The position numbers and the translations under genes are program-made. Positions 50,913-61,580 of a DNA stretch of 64,000 nt are shown in pieces. A model generated the notes under the pieces. It searched no databases. It was given only the letters and a program-made list of their open reading frames with translations, and had not been told where the DNA came from. The DNA is from Vicugna vicugna. Its lineage: Eukaryota. Location: contig MU058722.1 of NCBI GenBank assembly GCA_013265495.1, positions 1-64,000 of the forward strand, read 5' to 3'. How positions within the stretch are numbered: position 1 is the stretch's first letter; every line of letters begins with the position of its first letter.

Positions 50913-53900
50913 ATGGATGAGATAATAACAGGGCTGAAGTTCAGTCCTAAGCAGACTATGGTATGCAGAGGGACTTGTGAATGACTGTTAAGAGAGGGGA
51001 AGCAAAATCCCTCGATCTGAAGCAGACATAGAAAAGCAAGTGCAAACCAATGAAAACTTTGCTGTTCAATCCTGGGGAAAGAAAAGGCATGAAAGACTAA
51101 GATTCTTAAGAGTCCCAGATGGAAAAGCAAGAGATAAATATAAAAAATTCAGAAAATTTATCTGTAGAAATATCAGACTGAATATTGCTGAAATCCAAGA
51201 AAGTATCAAATACGAATTCAGGTTGTACACAGTGTTCAAAGGAGTTGGAATCCCAATAGACCTACCAGCAGCAGTATGATTCAAATCAACAAAGTTCATG
51301 AGCTTGCCAGTGATTTAAAATGCACTTGGAAGAAAGCAACATAATCACAAGAGAACCTCCGGGGGGTTCCAGCTGATACATCGGCAGCAATATTGCAGGA
51401 CAGGGAGGAATGCCAGGACATACACCATATCCGGAATGGGAAGAAGCTGCCCTCTATGGAAGCCTATGCCACATGACCGCCATTTCTAATAACTGCAGAT
51501 CTAGAGAATTCCACAGACCGGCAAATCTTAAAAGAATTCAGCAGTATGAAACTTAACCTAAAAGAAAGATGGAGAATTCTACCCTGAATAGAAAAGCAGC
51601 AAGATGAAATGGAAATAAGAAAAGCATTATTGGAAATGCAAGAAGAGCATGAGTTGCAGAGAATAAACAAGAAGAAAGCAAGGAGGACATCAAAACCCTA
51701 AAGATGGGAGTGGGGAGCAGAAAATCATAGGTGATTGTAAGCACTATCTTAAGTGAATCAGCTTATATGACTCTCTGTTTGAAGCGAATGGAGAGATGCA
51801 TGGCCTGATGTGTTTGCAAAACAAACGAGAAGAAAACAGACAAACAATCAAACAAAAAAACAAGCACTAAAAAGGTATGTTTGGCTGACATATACCAAAG
51901 GTACCATGATTATCAAAAGAAAATACTCAAGGTGATGTCAAGGATCATTCAGCACGCATCGAACCAGTATCGCGGCTTGCATATACTCAACACACTTGTA
52001 TTCAGGAAAGAGATGCGTCCATTAATACTCATATATATTGATCCTTAAGTGCATATGGTGACATAACCCAAATGCCGATTTTGAATAAAATGGATTCATA
52101 GTCCGTGATATAGACTTGCAATTATTCCAAAAGAATGAAAAAATGCCATATTCAACACTACGTACAGAAGAAATGGCATAAGCCTATAACAAAGACAAGT
52201 GGCTCTGCAAAAGTGTACTAAGAGCAAAAGAGACAGACAGTACTGTGCACGTTGGGATTGGTTTCATTTCTAGGAATTTCAGCCCCATGAAATAAATGGA
52301 TCCTTGTGCTGAGACTGTGGGTGTTTCAGCAGAAATCAAACGATGGATATGTGTTCTGGGTGTATGGATATTACAGAAACATTAGTATCCTTTAGTGGGT
52401 GTCTGTGTACTGTGAACTTTTAGAAAGTTTAAAAAGACTTGTGAAACCATATACTAAAAATTGACACACTTCCCTCCGTTTGTACTGTGCATACAGATCT
52501 GAGTAAAAGGAAAGACGGAAGGAAAAAGGCCCATGGGACCTAGTGGATAGAATCATATTTACCTTAGGAACATCTCGTCTGATGCAGCCCCTCCCCCAAC
52601 ACTGACAAGATGCAGCAACCATTGTGGATGGCAGTTAACGGTCGGATTCCAGGTGGAATGTTGGTGTGTACCGCGATGCTTGTTGTGGCTGATGGATCCT
52701 AGGTAACTGGGCAGAGTTCTGTGGGTGGATCAGTGTGATGGAAGGGCTGCCGCCCTCTGTGGAGCTTGGCTTATTTCTTTGTTTCAGGAAGCTGTGTATG
52801 TTCGAGATACTGCTCCTTTCCAAATACCTGATTTCACGGGTCAGTTTCCAGAACCTGAAAGGGCAGACCGTGGAAGATCTGCCTGTCATCAGCTTATTGG
52901 TGAGGCTCCGAGGTACTTTCATACTTTCCCTGTCCTCTTAAAGTCGACTTTATCGGAGACAAAAAGAGAAGCTGGCAGAAAAGCTGCCTGCATGGATTGA
53001 GGATAGATGTGAACACATTGATCAGAGTTGCTGTTCTACAGTGGAGAATACTGGCATGGAGACATCTGTAGAGGATATCAGGCTCTAAAGGCATTCATGA
53101 GATTTATTGAACCTCACTGATACTGGCAGAAACATTCGGAGTGTCAACGTGGACTTAAGGAAATTACTCAATTCTCTGCTCCATGAACGGGTCCAAGATT
53201 CCTAACGTCTAAAAGAGAAGAGATGGTAGAGTTGATAAAAATGCACATGTTCTTGGTTGAGGTCGTGAGAATCCACACGTCCCAAGGGGCATTTCCAAAC
53301 CAATCAGGCCAAAATGCACCAACACCAGGTAAGCTTTTCCCAGGTTTGCTCCTAGCTATCCAGCACTTGCTCTTCCCTCCCCTCCACTTAGGCATGCATT
53401 ATGAAGGATCAGTACCTCAGCTGCAATGAATCCAGTATGAGAAAAGCAAGCCCCTCCTAGAATCAGAGTTCCTCCAGCTTCTTACTCTGTGAACAACAGT
53501 GAACCCCTTAATGATCAAAGAGCCTTGACTACAATAAATTTGGATTGAATACTTAGCTCACACAAATAAATGATGACCTTCCGCTAGATTCAGCAAATGC
53601 TGGGTTTATGTCTTCTTTTGTGTGACGGCAGTGTGGTATGTGAGGGGAATCTATGACTAAACTTGAATATGTAATATGCCTCAGATTTTCTAGACAGTAT
53701 AGGGAAATATTGTAAGTCAGATAGTGAACTGAATAGTAAAATTCGCCAATGACATTTAAGACACAGCTTATGTGGACAGTCTTTCACTTCAGTCAAGCCT
53801 CGGGTGCACTATATCATGGGGGTGAAGACTTGGTTGTGTAATATTGCCTTACAGTGAATGATCGGATGATTAAGCGTTCTCATCATTGATAGAAGAACAC

Positions 53901-56200
53901 ATGGTTCTCAATAGACTAGCATATCTGCAGCAGGTTTCTCATAGATTTATTGCCTCTAGGTGCTTTTGGAATCAAGCCTAAAGGAATATATTTTGTTTGT
54001 TTTTTTTTTTATATATACCTGCAGAGTGATGTTACCCCGTGAAATGCCAACATTGGCCAGTATGTGTCACTGGCAGTATAGGGCACCACATGCACAAGTA
54101 AAACCAAGGCTGTGGATAATTTTATGCTTCCAAAAGGTATTTCATTTTTCCTGTTGGCTTTGGAGGCTTCAACAGTAAAGAGCTGACATGTCCCCTTTAT
54201 CATTTTGGACTGCTACTTTACATTAAAATTGTCTATTTTATTCTAAGAGCAGATAAATATTAACACAATTGACAAGTCTGGGTTTACGTCAATTTTGTAT
54301 GTTTCAACAACTAACTTAATTTTTGTATAAATCCCAAAACTTGTGAATCAATTCCTTTAAAATTTTTATAGCCTGCAAATGATTTATCAACACAATGTCA
54401 AAACTGGAGTCTTTGGACAAACCCTTCCACCATGGCTGTATAGAAAATAGAGATAAACAATAATCACATTTCTGAGAAATATATCTGGAAATTGTTGATT
54501 AATCGATGACTAGTTGGCAGAGCAGCAGGGCAACTTGTGCTCAGTCGCTCCCATGTACACAGCAATGAAAACATCCACTCACCCAGACCTTGGCACAGGA
54601 CATTGCCGAAGAGGGGTCTGTTACGTACAAAGAGATGATGAGGCCCCAGGAAACGTGAAAGCAGGTGTAGGCAAATTAGAGAATGGAAACCAGTGCAGGA
54701 TCTGACCCCTGGTGATGGAGCAGCAAAGGTGAAAGTCTGTTTTACTTGGATGCACACTCTCAAGCGGACAGGAGACATGGGATTGAAGGTGATGCGCTGA
54801 GTGTTAGAAGAGTGCACAGCAGATGCTTGACTGACAGAACTCAAAGAAATCAGCACAAAATATCCCCACAATTGATTCTGAGAACAAGATCCCATCTGAC
54901 AAATTTGAGGTAGCTGAGGCAGTGGTAAATGAGTGATAGGGCTACGGAAAATGGCACACGCTGAGTCTCAGGGATCTGGAGTGCGTTGTGGGATGTGGTG
55001 TGTCCTATCAAGTGAGCAAACCGACATGTGACACCAATGAGAAAGCAACCACACTGGCGCGTGTGGTTGAGATTATCGATATGTCCCATGGCCTCACCCA
55101 GTGCATCTGCAGGACCAGGGATCAATTTTGCATTTTGCCAATAGTGCATGTATGGGGCTCAACCAGAGATATTGTGCAGCTGGTCTGAGGTATCCAGGGG
55201 GCCTTGGGTTTGAAATCAGTAATAAAAGTTTTAGGATCTGCTACATTAATAACCTGGGCTAGGATTATGGTTTGGTTTGATGCACAGGATGTGGAACAGC
55301 TCTGTTCTTGCCTTCGTGCACAAATGCCACAAGGATGAGAGAACAAGGAAGAGTGGTCAAAGTCCACAGCTGAGAAGGTGAAGCATTTCCTTCAGCATTA
55401 TCTCCCTACAGCAGATGTTACATTTTGGATGGCACTGATATTGTACTGAACTGAGGACAACGAGGTTGGTCTGTGGGATCATTCCAGCAGGCCCTGGTTT
55501 ATGACATGCATAGATATGTTTCCACTTGTGTCTCTGTAGACAAAGAATCTCTGGGAAGAACTTGTTTCATTGGGACAATCCCATGGCACTAGAAAGCACA
55601 AGCGCACTATCGGTTTGCTGTTTTGGAAACACTCCAAAATGACATACAACAGAATGCAAAGCGAACCTTTAGAAGCTTCATTTCCACAAGTGAAATGTCA
55701 TGTGCACTTTCAGAATTGTGAGAGCATAATAAAAATGAGGTTATACTAATCGATATCGTATGGTGTGTTCATCACAACAAAGTCACCACCAGTAATTGGC
55801 GATATACAAGACAACACACACAGGAAAAGGACATGGCATCAATGTCTAGGAATAATTGTCCTCACAGAAATCCCATGGAATTGTGTAGACCCAAGAGTCT
55901 AATGTTTTCACTTAACAAAGCACTGTAATTCTACATTTCATACCTGAAATTACTTGACCAGTAGAGATGAAGAAGTAAAGTAAAAGAAACAGGAAGTAAA
56001 AATTTCAATTCCAAACAGTTTGAAGGCCCAAAAGATAAGCTTTCAAACAACTAGACGGCAAAACGCTACCAGAGCAAGTATTGAAAACAGAGGTGAGGAA
56101 AACTCTGAAGTAAAACAGTGTCTCAGAATCACAAACGGAGCAGTACCAGAAAAGTGGAAGAGAATCTCTAAAGTCGAGCCAAATAATACCAGAAAACTCA
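50913..56200 (+). repeat. Macrosatellite unit U7
   Basis: Anchor-to-anchor, 5288 bp. Confidence 0.95.
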
Positions 56201-58025
56201 ATGGATGAGATAATATCAGGGCTAAAGTTCATTCCTAAGCAGACTAGAATATGCAGAAGGACGCGTGAATGACTGCGAAGACAGGGGAACAGAAATACCT
56301 CGGTAAGAAGGAGACATAGAAAAGCAAGTGCAAACCAAAGAAAACATTGCTGTTGAATCCTGGGGTGAGACAAGGCATGAAAGACTAGGATTAATAAGAC
56401 TCCCAGATGGAAAAGCAAGAGATGAAAAAAAGTCTGAAATGTTATCTGTAGAAAAATCAGACTGAAACTTGCTGAAAGCCAAGAAAGAATCATCCATACG
56501 AATTCAGGAAGTACACAGCGTCCAAAGAAGATGAAATCACAGTAGACCTACCATCAGGTGTATGATTCAAATAATCTAAGTTCATGAGCATCACAGTTAT
56601 TTAAAATTCACCGAGAGGAAAGCAACATAGTCACAAGAGAACCTCCAGGGTGGTTTCAGCTGATATATCGGCAACAATACTGCAGGACAGGGAGGAGTGC
56701 CAGGACAGGGACCATAACCTGAATGGGAAAAAGCTGCCATCTAGGGTAACCTATGCCAAATGAGTGCTGTTTGTAATAACGGCAGAGCTAGAGAATTCCA
56801 CAGACCAGCAAATCTTAAAAGAATTCAGCAGTACAAAACTTATCCTAAAAGAAAGATTGAGAATTCTACCCTGAATAGAAAAGCAGCAAGATGAAAAGGA
56901 AATAAGAAAATCAGTATTGGAAATGCAAGAAGAGCATGAGTTGCAAAGAATAAACAAGAAGAAGGCAAGAAGGACATCAAAACCCTAAAGACGGGAGAGT
57001 GAAACAGGAAATCATAGGTTATTGTAAACACTATCTTAAGTGAATCAGCTTATGTGTCTCTCTGTTTGAAGCAAACGGATAGATGCATGTCCTGATGTGT
57101 TTGCAAAACAAACAAGAAGCCAACAAACACATAATCAAACAAACAAGCAAGCACCAAAAGGGTATGTTTGGCTGACATATAACAAAGGAACCATGGTTAT
57201 TCAAAAGAAAATACTCAAGGTGATGTCAAGGATATTTGAGCACACAATTACCCAGTATTGTGGCTTGCATGTACCTAACACACTTGTATTCAGAAAACAC
57301 ATGCATGAATTAATATTCATAAATACTGATTCATAAGAGCATATCGTGTCCTAACCAAAATGCCGATTTTGAAGAAAATGGATTCATAGTCCGTGATATA
57401 GACTTGCATGTCTTCCAACATGATGAATGAATGCCATATTCTACCCTACGTAAGAAGAAAAGGCATAAGCCTATAACAAATACAAGTAGCTCTGCAAAAC
57501 TGTACTAAGAGCAAAAGAGACAGACAGTAAAGTGCACATTGGGATTGGTTTCATTTCTAGGAATTTCTGCCCCCATGAAATAAACGGATCCATGTCAAGA
57601 GAGTGTAGGTGTTTCAGCAGAAATCAACCAACGGATATGTATTCTGGGTGTATGGATATTATAGAAACATAAGTTTCCTTTAGTGGGTGTCTGTGTACTG
57701 TGAACTGTTAGAAAGTTTAAAGACGTGTGAAACCATAAACTCTAAGTGGACACACTTCCCTCCGTTTGTACTGTGTACACACAGATCTGAACAAAAGGAA
57801 AGAGGGAAGAAAAAGGGACGGTGGAACGCTAGTGGATAGAATCACATTTATTTAGGAAACTCTCGTCTGATTCAGCCCCTCCCCCAACATTGACAAGATG
57901 CAGCAACCATTGGGGATGGCAGTAACCGGTTGGATTCCAGGTTGAATGTTGGTGTGTACCGCGAGGCTTGTTGTGGCTGGTGGATCCAAGGTAACTGTGT
58001 AGAATTCTGTGGGTGGATCAGTGTG

Positions 58026-58385
58026 ATGGAGGGCCTGCCGCCCTCTGTGGAGCTTGGCTTAGGTCTTTTGTTTGGGAAGCTGTGTAATTTCGAGATACTG
58101 CTTCTGCCCAAAGACCTGAGTTCACGGATCAGTTTCCAAAACCTGAAAGGGCAGACAATGGAAGATCTGCCTGTCATCATCTTACTTGTGAGGCTCCGAG
58201 GTACTTTCAGATTTGCCCAGGCCTGTTTAAGTGGACTTTATGGGAGACACGAAGAGAAGCTGGCAGAAAAGCTGCCTGCATGGATTGAGGATAGATGTGA
58301 ACACATTGATGTGAGTTGTTCTGCTACAATGGAGAATACTGGCATGGTGACATCTGTAGAGAATACCAGGCTTGAAAGACATTGA
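58026..58385 (+). CDS. 119-aa ORF covering the 5' half of cassette exon 1 in U8; unknown product
   Basis: GTGATGG Kozak context. Reads MEGLPPSVELGLGLLFGKL...HEEKLAEKL...EHIDVSC...ENTRLERH*. This is the only unit where this stretch is fully open. Confidence 0.25.
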   Translation: MEGLPPSVELGLGLLFGKLCNFEILLLPKDLSSRISFQNLKGQTMEDLPVIILLVRLRGTFRFAQACLSGLYGRHEEKLAEKLPAWIEDRCEHIDVSCSATMENTGMVTSVENTRLERH

Positions 58386-60534
58386 TGACGCATATTGGAC
58401 TTCGCTGATCCCGGCAGAAACATACGGAGTGTCAACGTGGATTTTAGGAAGTTACACAATTTTCTGCTCCAAGAACGGGTCCAAGATCCCTGATGTCTGA
58501 AAGAGAAGAGATGGCAAAGATGATAAAAACACTCATGTTCTTGGAAGAGGACTTGAGAATCCACACATACCAAGAGGCATTTCCAAATCATACAGACCAT
58601 AATGCACCAAGCCCAGGTAAGCATTTTCTCAGGATTGGGCCTAGCTATCAAGCATTTGCTCTTCCCTCCCCTCCACTCAGGCATCCATTAAGAAGGATCA
58701 GAACCTGTGATGCAATGAAGCCAGTATGAGTAGGGCAAGCCCCTCCTAGAATCAGAGTTCCTCCAGTTTCACTCTCTGTGAACAATCGATAAATACTTAT
58801 ATGTCAAATTGTCTTGACTAAAATAGATAGGAATTGAATACTTAGCTCCCACAACGAAGTGATGACCTTCCGCTAGATTCAGCAAATGCTGGGTTTATGT
58901 CTTCTCTGGTGTGAAGAGAGTGTGGTAAGTGAGGTGAATCTTTGACTGAACTTGAATATGTATTAGGCCTCAGTTTATCAAGACACTATAGGTAAATATT
59001 ATAAGTCAGATAGTAAACTGAACTGTAAAATTAGCCAATGACTTTAAAGACACAGCTTATGTGGAACCTCTTTCACTTCAGTCAAGCCCCGGGTGCACTA
59101 TATCATGGGGGTGCAGAATTGGTTGGGTTAAAATACATTACCCAACATGATTGAATGATTAAGTGTTCTCATCACTAATAGAAGAACACCTGGTTCTCAA
59201 TAGCCTTGCATAGCTTCAGCAGGTTTCTCATAGCTATAATTCTTCTAGGTGCATTTGGAATCAAGCCTAAATATATATATTTTGTTTGTTTTTTCTTGTA
59301 GTTTCCTAGAGAGGGATATTACCCCTTGAAATGACAACATTGGCCAGTATGTGTCATTGGGTGTAAAGGGCACCACATGCAGAAGTGAAACCAAGGTTGG
59401 GAGTTACTTCATGGTTCCAATAGTTATTTCATGGTTCCTGTTGTCTTTGGAGGCTTCAACAGTAAAGAGTTGACATGTACCTTTTAACATTTTGGACTGA
59501 TATTTTACATTCTATCTGTCTATTTTCTCCTTAGAGCTGACAAAATGTTAACAAAATTGACAAGTCTGGATTCTAGGATGATTTACTATGTTTCAAAAAC
59601 TAACTTCATTTTCGTATAAATCTCAAAATATGTAAATCAATTCCTTTAAACATTTTAAAGTTTGCAAATGAGTATTCAACCCAATGTCAATACCGGAGTC
59701 TTCGGAGAATCCCTCCCAGCATGGCTGTATAGAAGAAAGAGCTAAACAAAAATCACATTTCTGTGCAATATATCTGGAATATGTTGATTAATCAATTCCC
59801 ACTTGGCAGAGAAGCAGAGCAACCTTTGCTCACTCACTCCCATATACACAGCAATGTAAACATTCACTCAACCAGCCCTTGGAACAGGACAATTGCCGAA
59901 GAGTGGTCTGTTAATTCAAAAGACAGGATGAGGCCTCAGAAAACCTAGAAGCAGGACAAGGCAATGTAGAGAATGGAAACCAGTGCAGGAACTGACCCCT
60001 GTTGTTGGAGTAGCAAAGGTGAAACTCTGTTTTACATGGACACACACTCTCAAGTTGACAGGAGACATGGGATTGAAAGAGATGTACTGAGATTTTGAAG
60101 AGTGCGCAGCAGATGCTTGGCTGAAAGAACTCAAAGATATCAGCACAAAATATCCCCACAATAGATTCTGAGACCAAGATCCGAGCTGCCAAATTTGAGG
60201 TAGCAGAGGCAGCGGTAAATGAGGGATTTGGCAACGGATGATGGCACACGCTGAGTCTCAGGGATCTGGAGTGCATTGTGGGATGTGGTGGGTCCTATCA
60301 AGAGAGCAAACTGACATGTGACCACAATGAGAAAGCAACAACACTGGCATGCGTGGCTGAGTTTATCGATATGTCCCATGGCCACATCCATTGCATCTGC
60401 AGGAGCAGGGACCAAATTGGCATTTTGCCAATAGAGCACGTGTGGGGCTCAGAGATATCGTGCAAATGGTCTGAGTGAACCAGAGGGCCTTGGTTTGAAA
60501 TTAGAATTAAAAGCTTTAGGATCTCCTACAATCA

Positions 60535-60628
60535 CCCCTCAGACCCCATTATAATGATATTATGGTAGAATGTACTGTAAGTATGGGTCATTTATTGTCC
60601 TGGAAAAGTTAGTATCATTATATTCCAT
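60535..60628. other. ~94-bp foreign insert private to U8
   Basis: Replaces a few bases of the unit motif CTACATTCATAGCCTGGGCTGG. Contains the inverted repeat TATAATGATA (60550-60559) / TATCATTATA (60613-60622). Confidence 0.85.
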
Positions 60629-61580
60629 AGGCTGGAATTATGGTTTGATTTGAAGCATAGGATTCTGAAGAGCTCTGTGGTTGCATTCGTGCACCCATGC
60701 CTCAAGGATGAGAAAAGAAAGAAGAGTGGTCAAGGTCCACAGCCTGAGAGGATGAAGAATTTCCTTCAGCATTATCTCCCAAAAGCAGATGCTACATTAA
60801 GGATGGCACTGACATGGTTCTGCACCGAGGATAACAAGGTCGGTCTATGGGATCATTCAGGCAGGCCCTGAAGTATGACATCCATAGCTATGTTTCCACT
60901 GGTGTTTCTGTAGACAGAGAAGCTCTGGGAAGAACTCATTTCATTGGGACATTCCCATAGCACTTGAAAGCACAAGCACAATATCAGTTTGCTAATTTGG
61001 AAACACTCCAAAATGACATAAAGCAGAATGCAGAGCTGACAACCATTGGAAGCTTCATTTCATAAGTGGAAGTGTCCAGTGCACTTTCAGAATTGTGAGA
61101 TAAGCATAATAAAAAAGAGGTTATACTAATTGAAATAGTAACGTGTGTTCATCACAACAAAGACAACACAAGCAATTGGAGATATACCAGACAATACACA
61201 CAGGAAAAGGACATGGCATCAATGTCTAGGAAAAATTGTCCTCACAGAAATACCATGGAATTCTGTAGAGGAAAGAGTCTAAAATGTTCACTTAACAAAG
61301 TCCTATTAGTCTACCTTAGATACCTGATATTACTTGACCAGTAGAGATGAAGAAGTACAGTAAAAGAAACAGGAAGTACCATTTTCAGTTTCAAAGAGAT
61401 TGAAGGCCCAAAAGATAAGCTTTCAAACAACTAGACTGCATAATGCTACCAGAGCAAGTATTGAAAACAGAGATGAGGGAAACACTGAAGAACAACAGTG
61501 TCTCAGAATAAGAAAAAGGCAGAATAACAGAAAAGGGGAAGAGAAACTCTAAAGACGAGCCAATAATGTCAGAAAACTCA

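Larger units (their letters stand above)
56201..61580 (+). repeat. Macrosatellite unit U8 (contains private ~94-bp insert)
   Basis: Anchor-to-anchor, 5380 bp. Confidence 0.95.
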
